Source: an uncultured Gammaproteobacteria bacterium (GTDB lineage: Bacteria > Patescibacteriota > Microgenomatia > Levybacterales > UBA12049). Taken from it: a DNA stretch of 64,000 nt. The notes beneath the pieces are model-generated. The model was not told the DNA's origin and did no database searches. It worked only from the letters and a program-made list of their open reading frames with translations. This document shows, piece after piece, positions 38,550-47,957 of the stretch (its first letter is position 1; the number at the start of each line of letters is the position of its first letter). Location of the stretch: positions 9,897 to 73,896 of the forward strand of contig CAZEJU010000003.1 of NCBI GenBank assembly GCA_964512695.1, given 5' to 3'. The position numbers and the translations under genes are program-made.

Positions 38550-40664
38550 TTATGCAGCGATGCGGCCGGTAAAGGTGGATTTAGCAAGCATTGCTTGGAC
38601 AATATTGTTTGGAACTTCTTCATAATGAGAAGGTTCCATATAATATGATGCACGACCTTGAGACATAGAACGTAACTGTGTAGCATAGCCGGATAACTCA
38701 GCAAGTGGAACTGATGCGAGAATAATAGTAGCATTTCCACGTTCTTCAGTACCCATAATCTGTGCACGTTTTGCTGAAAGGTCTCCGATAACATCTCCCA
38801 TAAACTCTGATGGAGTCGTAACTTCTACCTTCATAATAGGCTCAAGTAACGACATTTGCGCTTTCTTCGCTGCTGCTTGCATAGCTTGAGATGCAGCTAT
38901 TTTAAATGCTTGTTCAGAAGAATCGACATCATGATATGAACCGTCATAACACGTAACTTTAATATCGACTAATGGGTAGCCGAGCATAACACCATTATCC
39001 AGCATTTCTGTAACTCCTTTTTGCACAGCTTTTACGAATTCAGCAGGAATTGCGCCTCCCTTAATGGCATCGACAAATTCAAATCCTTCCCCACGTGGCT
39101 TTGGTTCAACCCGAAGCATACAGTGTCCATACTGTCCACGTCCTCCTGATTGGCGAATATATTTACCTTCTGCTTCCGCTTGAGAGGCAAAGGTTTCTTT
39201 ATAGGCAACTTGAGGGGCACCGACGTTTGCTAAAACATTAAATTCTCTTTTCATACGATCTACCATAATTTCAAGCTGAAGCTCGCCAATACCCGAGATA
39301 ATTGTCTGCCCAGTCTCATGATTGGTTTTCACTCGAAATGTCGGATCTTCTTCCATAAGACGTTTCAATGCAAGACCTAGTTTTTCCTGATCTGATTTCG
39401 TTTGAGGTTCTATAGCGAGGGATATAACAGGCTCTGGAAAGGAAATCTGCTCAAGGATAATTGGCTTCGCCTCATCACATAAGGTGTCACCTGTGATAGT
39501 ATCTTTTAAACCCACAATGGCAACAATTTCTCCTGCGTATGCTTCTTTTATCTCTTCTCGCTCATTTGCATGCATTAAGAGTAATCGGCCAACACGTTCC
39601 CGTATATTTTTTGAACTATTATAAATATATGATCCTGACTGAATAACACCAGAATAAACACGGAAATATGTTAATTTACCAACATGGGGATCATTTTGAA
39701 TTTTAAATGCAAGACCAGAATATGCTTCTTCTGGAATGAGCTTACGGACTTCTTCTTGCTCTGTATTCGGATTTTTACCTTTTACTTCACCCAAATCAAC
39801 AGGTGAGGGAAGGTAGTCGATTACAGCATCGAGGAGAGGCTGAACGCCTTTATTCCGGAGGGAAGTACCCGCATAAATCGGAACAAGCTTATAAGCAATT
39901 ACTGCAGCTCGCAGTGCTTTTTTTAATTCCTCAACTGTAGGTTCTTCACCACCAAGATATTTCTCTAGCATCTGATCATCAGTTTCTGATATCTTTTCGA
40001 TGAGTTTATTACGATATTCCTCAACCTGAGCTTTCATGTGTTCAGGGATTTCATCAGTGATATCAAATTTTGCACCTAATTCTTCAGAATTCCAAATGAT
40101 TACTTTTCGAGTTAATAAATCTACATTACCTACGTAGGTGTTTTCTGATCCGATTGGTAATACCATAATCGCTGGATTAGCACCTAATCGTTTTTCAATA
40201 CTTCCTACTGTTTTGAGGAAATCTGCACCGAGTTTATCCATCTTATTTACAAAACAAATACGCGGCACTCTATATTTATCTGCCTGTCGCCATACAGTTT
40301 CAGACTGTGACTGGACACCTTCTTCAGCATCAAGAACGGTAATCCCCCCATCAAGAACACGTAATGAACGTTCGACTTCTGCAGTAAAATCTACATGACC
40401 TGGAGTATCAATAATATTAATACGATGGTCTTTCCAAAATGTAGTTGTTGCAGCGGAGACAATTGTAATACCCCGTTCTCTTTCCTGCTCCATCCAGTCC
40501 ATTTGGGTATTACCCTCATCAATATCTCCAATTTTATAAGTCCGACCAGTATAGAAAAGAATACGCTCTGTGGTAGTCGTTTTCCCTGCGTCGATATGGG
40601 CGATAATTCCGATATTTCGGATCTTATCAAGAGGATACATTCGTGATTTTGCTACATCTGCCAT
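38550..40664 (-). CDS. fusA: elongation factor G
   Basis: [31 protein letters not shown], full five-domain length. Confidence 0.97.
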   Translation of the reverse strand: MADVAKSRMYPLDKIRNIGIIAHIDAGKTTTTERILFYTGRTYKIGDIDEGNTQMDWMEQERERGITIVSAATTTFWKDHRINIIDTPGHVDFTAEVERSLRVLDGGITVLDAEEGVQSQSETVWRQADKYRVPRICFVNKMDKLGADFLKTVGSIEKRLGANPAIMVLPIGSENTYVGNVDLLTRKVIIWNSEELGAKFDITDEIPEHMKAQVEEYRNKLIEKISETDDQMLEKYLGGEEPTVEELKKALRAAVIAYKLVPIYAGTSLRNKGVQPLLDAVIDYLPSPVDLGEVKGKNPNTEQEEVRKLIPEEAYSGLAFKIQNDPHVGKLTYFRVYSGVIQSGSYIYNSSKNIRERVGRLLLMHANEREEIKEAYAGEIVAIVGLKDTITGDTLCDEAKPIILEQISFPEPVISLAIEPQTKSDQEKLGLALKRLMEEDPTFRVKTNHETGQTIISGIGELQLEIMVDRMKREFNVLANVGAPQVAYKETFASQAEAEGKYIRQSGGRGQYGHCMLRVEPKPRGEGFEFVDAIKGGAIPAEFVKAVQKGVTEMLDNGVMLGYPLVDIKVTCYDGSYHDVDSSEQAFKIAASQAMQAAAKKAQMSLLEPIMKVEVTTPSEFMGDVIGDLSAKRAQIMGTEERGNATIILASVPLAELSGYATQLRSMSQGRASYYMEPSHYEEVPNNIVQAMLAKSTFTGRIAA

Positions 40665-40670
40665 AAAAAA

Positions 40671-40749
40671 AGTTAAAAATTCAAACTACAAAGTTCAAAA
40701 CTACAAGAAAATTAAGAACTTTTCATTTTTACCTTTGAACTTTTAACTC
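40671..40749. repeat. imperfect palindrome (AGTTAAAA..TTCAAA units) immediately upstream of fusA
   Basis: Left arm agttaaaaattcaaactacaaagttcaaaactac. The reverse complement of the right arm is agttaaaagttcaaaggtaaaaatgaaaa. Confidence 0.6.
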
Positions 40750-40797
40750 TAAAAGTATAGCACACATTTCTTGTTTATTCTAGTAGGTTAGATGACA

Positions 40798-41661
40798 CTA
40801 CACACTTAAGATTGCAAGGAAAACAATTCCTGAAAGCGTAGTTAGAAGACCTACAATCTGCTGTCTTGTTATAGACTCTTTTAAAAATAAAAAGGCAAGG
40901 AGGACGAACATAGTTGGGGAAGAGCTTGCAATAGGAGTAACAATGGCTGTAAGTCCTGTGCCCAATGCAGCGTTAAGACTGAAATCGCTAATTCCTGTAA
41001 GAAAACCAAAAAGAAAAACGTTCCGAAACACCTCAGGGTCTTTAGGTATCGGTAACGGAAGACCTCGAAGTTTCGTATAGAGATAAATAACCGGAAAAAC
41101 AATCATTGAGATGAACCCAGGCCAAAACCAGCCAATTTCTTTTATAGGTATTTTTAAGAATGTAAAGTATATTCCCCAACAAAGCATTGTCGTAAATGCA
41201 AGCATTACACTTTTATCGAATTTTACCTTCTTTTCGCGTAGATCACGAAGATTAAATGTACAGAGAAATACTCCTATGAGGATAAATAAGATTGCAAAGA
41301 CTTGTAACTCTGTAATTTTCTCATGAAAGAAAATGACCGATAACGGTATTACTATAACTGAATAAGAAGCAGAAATCGTTGCGGTAATAGATGCAGCACT
41401 TGCTTTTAATGCTTCAGTATAAGTAACGATCCCTGTGATTAAAATAACACCAAGAAAAAGTGTAAAAAGAAACATTGAAGTTGACAGAGTATGCAATTCT
41501 GATAAAGCAAAAGGAATATAGATAAGAGAAAGTAGTACCCTAATACATAACATCCAAAAAGTGGTCGAATAACCTCCCATTTTACGAGTCGCCAAGGTGC
41601 CAAACATATCGCCTGTACTCCATCCAAAGTAGGGAATAAGAGCTAATAAAATAGGTATCAT
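40798..41661 (-). CDS. EamA/DMT-superfamily transporter (10 TM)
   Basis: Two-fold repeat of five hydrophobic helices, about 290 aa. Confidence 0.55.
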   Translation of the reverse strand: MIPILLALIPYFGWSTGDMFGTLATRKMGGYSTTFWMLCIRVLLSLIYIPFALSELHTLSTSMFLFTLFLGVILITGIVTYTEALKASAASITATISASYSVIVIPLSVIFFHEKITELQVFAILFILIGVFLCTFNLRDLREKKVKFDKSVMLAFTTMLCWGIYFTFLKIPIKEIGWFWPGFISMIVFPVIYLYTKLRGLPLPIPKDPEVFRNVFLFGFLTGISDFSLNAALGTGLTAIVTPIASSSPTMFVLLAFLFLKESITRQQIVGLLTTLSGIVFLAILSV

Positions 41662-41900
41662 GGGTGCATTGTAACAAAATCATTCTCAGTTTAAAATAAA
41701 ATAAAAAGAGCTTTACAAACTCCTCAAAAACACCTATTCTTTTCCGCTTATAAATGGGATATACCTAACGTAGCTTTGCATGGAAAAATCAACTTTCTTT
41801 TTCTGGAAGCTCTAGGTTCGAGAAGATATACCAATTATTGCAAAAACAAATCGCAGTGGTATAGACTGGAAGTAGGTCCGTTCATTCGGACTTATCTGTT

Positions 41901-42440
41901 ATGGCAAAAGATATCCTGTCCATCAATTTGCTAGATGATAAACAAAAAAGCTTTACTGACACTATTCTCGACTGGGCAATTTATATCGGCCGTTTACTTG
42001 TAATTATTACTGAAGCAGTAGCCTTATTCGTTTTTATTAATCGCTTTACGCTGGATAGAAAGCTTATCGATCTTCATGATGAAATTAAGAAGAATCAATC
42101 CTTTATAGGATATATGCAAAGTCGTGAAGAAATATACAGAGGAATACATGAAAAACTACAAACGAACTTTATCAGCAGTACAGACAACGATGAAAGAATA
42201 ATCCTCTTTGAAGAACTTACTAGTAATGTGAATCCTCAGTTAAGTATTCTTAGCTTCTCAGTAAATCCTTCTTCTTTAACCATTGCGGTACAAGCACGTT
42301 CTATACAAGCGCTTTCTGATTTCCATGAAAAAGTAAAACAACACCCATCCATCGCTTCAATTACCGTCGATAAAATAGAAAATAAGACAGCAAACGCCAT
42401 AATTCTTGTTTCCTATACGGCAAAGCTAAAAGCTAAATAA
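41901..42440 (+). CDS. PilN-like type IV pilus assembly protein
   Basis: N-terminal INLL(D) motif followed by a single TM and an about 120-aa periplasmic domain, of typical PilN length. Confidence 0.5.
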   Translation: MAKDILSINLLDDKQKSFTDTILDWAIYIGRLLVIITEAVALFVFINRFTLDRKLIDLHDEIKKNQSFIGYMQSREEIYRGIHEKLQTNFISSTDNDERIILFEELTSNVNPQLSILSFSVNPSSLTIAVQARSIQALSDFHEKVKQHPSIASITVDKIENKTANAIILVSYTAKLKAK

Positions 42441-42442
42441 TT

Positions 42443-43057
42443 ATGATATTTTTTAAACAAACTTTTTTAAAGGATTTCGCAAAAGAGAGGTATATGGCAA
42501 TTGTACGTGCGTATCCTCGACTCCAGGAGGATAAAACACAACGATATATTCTACTAACGTTGACGTTCCTAGCTTTATCATTTTTAGGAATATTAGCTAT
42601 AAATCCAACACTAAAAACTATTACAGAGTTAAATAAGAAACTCGAGGATAGTGAATTTGTTAATCAGGCCCTTAAAACAAAACTTGCTAATCTCTCTTCA
42701 TTAAATAGTCAATATGAACGTATGTCTACTGATATACCTCTTATTGAAGCAGCTGTACCTAGTTCTGCTCAAGCGCCTTTCCTACTGGGACAATTACGAA
42801 CACTGGCAAAGACTACTGATGTAACAATTACCAGTCTTCAAACATACCAAATCAACATGACACAACAGAAAATTACTCCACCTAGAACTGTTAATTTTAT
42901 CTTTACCTTAAGTATAGAGGGTGAAAAAAGTAACTTAGTAGATTTTCTTCATGCTTTAAATTCATTTGATAGAACTGTCGTTATTGAGTCATTACATTTT
43001 ATAAGTGAGGAAGAACAACGCTTAACAATTCGCGCAAAAGCATTTTTCATACCATGA
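42443..43057 (+). CDS. PilO-like type IV pilus assembly protein
   Basis: Short cytoplasmic N-terminus, one TM, a coiled-coil, then a C-terminal domain ending LVDFLHALNSFDRTVVIESLHF...RLTIRAKAFF, typical of PilO. Start overlaps the PilN-like stop. Confidence 0.45.
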   Translation: MIFFKQTFLKDFAKERYMAIVRAYPRLQEDKTQRYILLTLTFLALSFLGILAINPTLKTITELNKKLEDSEFVNQALKTKLANLSSLNSQYERMSTDIPLIEAAVPSSAQAPFLLGQLRTLAKTTDVTITSLQTYQINMTQQKITPPRTVNFIFTLSIEGEKSNLVDFLHALNSFDRTVVIESLHFISEEEQRLTIRAKAFFIP

Positions 43058-43410
43058 AAAAAAGGAAATATACAATTCAAAAAGATCTGACGATCTTGTC
43101 ATTTTCTCTGTTTGTAGTAGTTACACTATGGATCGCATTTACCATACACGGAATCTATGTCACAAGCACTATTAGTGATACATTGCAAATACAGATAGTT
43201 CCTATTAAAGGTGTTTTTGATGAATCCAGTATAGAAATTATCAAAAACAGAACTCCAATAATTCCTGATTATTCCGCAAGTGTATCAGCAAATACACTCC
43301 GTATTAATGCTTTACCTATTGATCAACCGCAACCAACGTCCGAAGTAACTCTTACACCAACTGATGTATTTTTACCGAATAGTACATCTAGCGCAGAGCC
43401 ATCCTTATGA
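43054..43410 (+). CDS. small single-TM protein (PilP-like position)
   Basis: Translationally coupled (4-nt overlaps on both sides); no motif. Confidence 0.35.
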   Translation: MKKRKYTIQKDLTILSFSLFVVVTLWIAFTIHGIYVTSTISDTLQIQIVPIKGVFDESSIEIIKNRTPIIPDYSASVSANTLRINALPIDQPQPTSEVTLTPTDVFLPNSTSSAEPSL

Positions 43411-44870
43411 AACCAACAATCTTGAATAAAAAAATACCATCATATCTTGGATTTCTATCACTAATTTTAATGATACCCATAATTGCGTGGATAGTCGAAA
43501 ATAATACTGTCGTACCCGTCAGAGCAAACCCGGATCATACACCACAAGATGTACAGATTAGTAACATTACTGACAACTCTTTTACTATCTCTTATACAAC
43601 AATTGAAGCTACTATCGGTTCTGTCTCATATGGACCGACAGACAAACTGGGTCAAATAGCATTTGATATTCGAGATACCGCTCGTGGAAAACCATTACCT
43701 CACCGAGTCCATTATTTCGACATAAAAGGTCTTCAACCTAATACAACGTATTACTTCATATTACTGTCTGGTAATACGACGTATAAAAAAGACAATAAGC
43801 CATACGCTATAACCACAGGGCCAACTCTCTCCCAGACACAAACTAGTAGAAAAATCGCAGGAAACGTTTTGCTACCAAACGGCAGCTATCCTGGAGAGAC
43901 AGTTGTATATGCAATAAGTAGTACTTCACAACTTCTTTCAAAACTGGTAGAAGTAGACGGATCTTTCTCCATAGATAATTCATCCCTACGAACTAGTACG
44001 CTTGATTCGTATGCGGAAGAACAAGAAACTGCAGAGTTTCAAATACGTTTAGTAAACAGTGATATGCAAACGTACATGAATGTTTTATCGAAAGATCTAG
44101 ATTCACTCCCTACGGTTACTCTGTCGAAAAACTATGATTTTACTTATGAATTACTTCCTACTAAATCACTGGACAACAACGTAAATCTCTTAGATACCGC
44201 AGAGCTTTTCCCAGAATATTCGACAAATACTACGTTTAGCCAAACTCCTCAGATTATAGTGCCAAAGAAAGATCAAGCATTTGATGATCTCCAACCGGAA
44301 TTCCGTGGATCTGCTCCCCCTTCTAAAAATATCGAAATTAGTTTTGATACAGCGACTACAAAAGTAACTGTAAGAACTACTGCAACAGGAACATGGTTAT
44401 ATAGACCAAAACAGCCAATGACAGCAGGTAATCATACGATTATCGTCAGCATGAAAGATATATCAGGCATGACGCTAACAACGTCTCAAACCTTTGCTAT
44501 TCATGCTATAGGTAGCCAGTTTTTTGCTCCATCACCAACTGTCTCTCCTACAGCAATACCATCTCCAAGTCCATCACTAAACCCATCACCTATAGCATCG
44601 CCTTCTGTATCACCTGCTCAACCATCAATATCGCCCTCACCTTCGATATCCGTAAGTCCCACAGTATCACCTATACTGTCACCCACGGAAATTCTTATAC
44701 CTTCACCAACGTTAATTCCTAGCCCTACACAAATAACAGTATCGCTTCCACCAGCATCTCCCGTACCTAGTCTGACGCCTACTGGTAGTGGTACTGCAGT
44801 CCTCACGTTTGGCTTTGCGCTATTTGCTACGATTACAGGTGTTGTGTTATTCTTTTTAACTCATACATAA
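43407..44870 (+). CDS. large cell-surface protein: N-terminal TM/signal, FN3-like domain, C-terminal Ser/Pro/Thr-rich repeat and C-terminal TM anchor
   Basis: VQISNITDNSFTISYTT...PNTTYYFILLSG (FN3-like). SPTVSPTAIPSPSPSLNPSPIASPSVSPAQPSISPSPSISVSPTVSPILSPTEILIPSPTLIPSPTQ repeat. Terminal hydrophobic helix. Confidence 0.55.
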   Translation: MKPTILNKKIPSYLGFLSLILMIPIIAWIVENNTVVPVRANPDHTPQDVQISNITDNSFTISYTTIEATIGSVSYGPTDKLGQIAFDIRDTARGKPLPHRVHYFDIKGLQPNTTYYFILLSGNTTYKKDNKPYAITTGPTLSQTQTSRKIAGNVLLPNGSYPGETVVYAISSTSQLLSKLVEVDGSFSIDNSSLRTSTLDSYAEEQETAEFQIRLVNSDMQTYMNVLSKDLDSLPTVTLSKNYDFTYELLPTKSLDNNVNLLDTAELFPEYSTNTTFSQTPQIIVPKKDQAFDDLQPEFRGSAPPSKNIEISFDTATTKVTVRTTATGTWLYRPKQPMTAGNHTIIVSMKDISGMTLTTSQTFAIHAIGSQFFAPSPTVSPTAIPSPSPSLNPSPIASPSVSPAQPSISPSPSISVSPTVSPILSPTEILIPSPTLIPSPTQITVSLPPASPVPSLTPTGSGTAVLTFGFALFATITGVVLFFLTHT

Positions 44871-44874
44871 ATCT

Positions 44875-46146
44875 ATGAATATAGGTATTATTGGAGCTGG
44901 ATTTACCGGACTATCAGCAGGATATCAACTTACAAAAAGAGGCCATTCAGTTACCATCTTTGAGAAAGATCTTCAACCCGGAGGACTAGCAATTGGTTAT
45001 AAGGAGAAAGAATGGGAATGGTCACTTGAGAAACATTACCACCATTGGTTCACAAACGATAAATTTATTTTAAACCTTGCGAGAGAAATTGGTCATAAAG
45101 TATTCATCCGTCGTCCAGAAACATCAGCATATATTGATGATAATATTTACCAACTTGATTCTCCATTAAAAGTATTACAGTTTCCACAACTTTCAATTGT
45201 TGATCGTGTTCGAATGGGAGTTGCATTAGCAGCTCTCCGGTATAATCCTTTTTGGCAGCCATTAGAAAAAATATATGCAGTTCCTGTATTAAGGGAAACA
45301 ATGGGAGAAAAGTCCTATAAAATGCTTTGGGAACCCCAACTTAAAAATAAGTTTGGTACGTATTTTAAAAATGTATCACTTGCATGGTTTTGGGCACGTA
45401 TAAAAAAACGAACATCATCACTTGCGTATCCGGAAGGTGGATTTTTACATTTTGCCGAACACCTTATCGATGTAATAAAAGAAAATGGAGGAAACGTAGT
45501 ATTTAATGCAGAGATTTCGGAATTAAGGGATGATGGACAAAAAACAACACTTATGAAAGAAAAAAAATTGCATACCTTCGATAAAGTACTCGTAACACTT
45601 CCGTCTGTTTTTTTTATAAATATTACTCCTCAACTTCCTAAAACTTATACTGATAAACTGACAAGACTAAAAGGTTTAGGTGCAACGAATCTTGTTTTAC
45701 GTCTTAACAAACCTTTTTTCAAAACGAAAACATACTGGCTAAGCGTTTGTGATACAACATCACCTATTATGGCAATCGTAGAACATACAAATTTTATGGA
45801 TAGAAAATATTACAATAATGAACATATCGTGTATTTAGGAAACTATGTTGGAACGACTCATCCATACTTTTCCATGACTGAAGAAGAAATGCTCGCACAC
45901 TTTCATCCATTTTTAAAGAAAATAAATCCAAAATACAAAGATTCGTTAATCAGTATGAAGCTTTTTAAAGCACCGTTTGCACAACCTATTATTCCTACTA
46001 ACTATTCTCGATTGATTCCCCCTATGGCGACTCCTTTAAAAAATGTCTTTCTTGCAAATATTGAACAAGTGTATCCTTGGGATAGAGGAACAAACTATGC
46101 AGTAGAGTTAGGTGAGAAAGTAGCAAAGCTTATTGTAAACGAATGA
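44875..46146 (+). CDS. FAD/NAD(P)-binding oxidoreductase (amine-oxidase / phytoene-desaturase / UDP-galactopyranose-mutase-like fold)
   Basis: N-terminal Rossmann motif IGIIGAGFTGLSAGYQL...VTIFEKDLQPGGLA. Confidence 0.6.
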   Translation: MNIGIIGAGFTGLSAGYQLTKRGHSVTIFEKDLQPGGLAIGYKEKEWEWSLEKHYHHWFTNDKFILNLAREIGHKVFIRRPETSAYIDDNIYQLDSPLKVLQFPQLSIVDRVRMGVALAALRYNPFWQPLEKIYAVPVLRETMGEKSYKMLWEPQLKNKFGTYFKNVSLAWFWARIKKRTSSLAYPEGGFLHFAEHLIDVIKENGGNVVFNAEISELRDDGQKTTLMKEKKLHTFDKVLVTLPSVFFINITPQLPKTYTDKLTRLKGLGATNLVLRLNKPFFKTKTYWLSVCDTTSPIMAIVEHTNFMDRKYYNNEHIVYLGNYVGTTHPYFSMTEEEMLAHFHPFLKKINPKYKDSLISMKLFKAPFAQPIIPTNYSRLIPPMATPLKNVFLANIEQVYPWDRGTNYAVELGEKVAKLIVNE

Positions 46147-46240
46147 ATTTTCCATTTTCCAAGTTTCATTTTCCAACAAATCAAGATTTGAAATTACTAA
46201 ATAATCAATGGCAAAATGAAAAATGACAAATGGAAAATTT
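46146..46240. repeat. imperfect palindrome (TTTTCCA/ATGGAAAA-type arms) spanning the annotated start of the first GT-C gene
   Basis: Left arm aattttccattttccaagtttcattttccaa. The reverse complement of the right arm is aaattttccatttgtcatttttcattttgcca. Confidence 0.6.
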
Positions 46241-47957
46241 CGGACAACAAATACAGCAGAAAACTACAATACTTCTTTTTATATTAATGTTAATTGGTGT
46301 TTTTCTCCGTTTCTATAATCTAAATTGGGGCGCTCCTTACTATTTTCATCCTGATGAACGAAATATTATCAGTTCAGTTACTCAGTTACGGTTTCCTGAT
46401 CAGACGAATCCACATTTTTTTGCGTACGGATCTATTCCTATTTATACCATTTATGGCATTGGAGTAATACAGAATATCGTGACTTCCTGTTTTTATAGTA
46501 CTCTATGTCCTATAACGAAACTTCTTGTAGAGAAACAAACCCCGCTCTGGAATGAAATAAATATTGTTACATTTAATGATGCAATACTTATAGCCAGGAG
46601 TATATCAGCATTTTTTTCTCTACTTCTTATTCCCCTTGTCTTTATTATAGGAAAAAAAGTGCATACACAGAAAACAGGATTACTAAGCGCTTTTTTTACA
46701 GTAACTAGTGTTGGGCTACTTCAATATGCACATTTTGCGACATTTGAATTATGGCTTACTTTCTTTAGCGTCTTAGCTTTGTATTATAGTCTAAAAATAG
46801 CTGGAGATCATCATACCGGTGATATATTAATTCTTGGCGTTCTTATGGGAATCTTAGTCGGTATAAAAATATCCAGCCTTGTACTTTTACCACTACCTTT
46901 TCTTGCTATTTTTTATGGATGTTTTAGGGACATAAAACTAGTAAAGAAAAATTTACCAATACTGGGTAAGACTGCGTTACTTTTTATGGCAGAAGCTCTC
47001 TGTTTATTGCTTTTAGGAGCGATCATATTTATGATAACTAACCCTTTTGTTCTCTTAGATGTAACCTCTTTTCAAGATTCAATAGACTATGAAGTTAGTG
47101 TCGCTAATGGATCTCTTATTGTTTTCTATAACCAATTATTTCGTGACACAATACCAGGCATTTATCAGCTCTTCCATGTTTATCCCTTTCTCATTAATCC
47201 GCTTCTTACATTTCTACTTATTCCCACACTGCTGGTTACATTCTTTCTTAGTAAAAAAGAAAAAAATACTTCATTATTTTTTGTATTCCTCACTTTTATG
47301 ATCCTTTTCATATCCCAGGCTTTTCTGTTCGTAAAATGGGTACGGTATATGATTCCAACCCTACCATTTTTTTATGTGATGTTTTCAGTTGTAGTAATGA
47401 CAATATCAACCAATAAAAAATTTGCAGCTTATAGGAAGTATCTTATATTTTCTCTGGTTAGCATAAGTAGCATCTATACATTCTCCTATTTTGTCACAGT
47501 TATCGCCAAAGAGGATACAAGGTTACAAGCAAAAACATGGATTGAAAGATTTACAAGTACTAACAAAAAAGTTCTCAGTGAGTCGTATGATCCCGGCAGT
47601 ATGGCATTTACTGGAATCTTTTCTGAAATAACATATTGCAATATCTATGACCTTGAAATACACCTCAAGGTTTGTGAAGATGTTTCTTTAGAACATAAAC
47701 TGAAAGATGTAACATATATCTTATTACCTAGTGAAAGAGTTGTGCAATCTCGCTTAGTGAATAAAAAACGATTTCCCAGAGGATACAATTTCTATACATC
47801 CTTATTTACTGACAAAGAAAGTTATAAGCTTGTATACAAAACTCCATGTGACATATTCTGTAAAATTCTTTATATGGGTAATAAATTACTTCTTGAGCAG
47901 ACCGCTTATGTTTTCGATAGACCGACAGTTTATGTTTTCGAAAAAATTAAACAATGA
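46230..47957 (+). CDS. GT-C fold glycosyltransferase (PMT/ArnT, GT39/GT83-like), copy 1
   Basis: HPDERN in the first extracytoplasmic loop after TM1 and about 12 TM helices. Start may be downstream at the Met near 46290. Confidence 0.6.
   Translation: MENFGQQIQQKTTILLFILMLIGVFLRFYNLNWGAPYYFHPDERNIISSVTQLRFPDQTNPHFFAYGSIPIYTIYGIGVIQNIVTSCFYSTLCPITKLLVEKQTPLWNEINIVTFNDAILIARSISAFFSLLLIPLVFIIGKKVHTQKTGLLSAFFTVTSVGLLQYAHFATFELWLTFFSVLALYYSLKIAGDHHTGDILILGVLMGILVGIKISSLVLLPLPFLAIFYGCFRDIKLVKKNLPILGKTALLFMAEALCLLLLGAIIFMITNPFVLLDVTSFQDSIDYEVSVANGSLIVFYNQLFRDTIPGIYQLFHVYPFLINPLLTFLLIPTLLVTFFLSKKEKNTSLFFVFLTFMILFISQAFLFVKWVRYMIPTLPFFYVMFSVVVMTISTNKKFAAYRKYLIFSLVSISSIYTFSYFVTVIAKEDTRLQAKTWIERFTSTNKKVLSESYDPGSMAFTGIFSEITYCNIYDLEIHLKVCEDVSLEHKLKDVTYILLPSERVVQSRLVNKKRFPRGYNFYTSLFTDKESYKLVYKTPCDIFCKILYMGNKLLLEQTAYVFDRPTVYVFEKIKQ

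Noticed and set aside
44780-44800. LTPTG motif before the C-terminal TM helix of the surface protein, as a possible sortase LPxTG signal
   Set aside because: The motif is L-T-P-T-G and not L-P-x-T-G, and the tail after the TM helix (THT) lacks the usual basic residues. Kept only as a remark, not called as a sorting signal.
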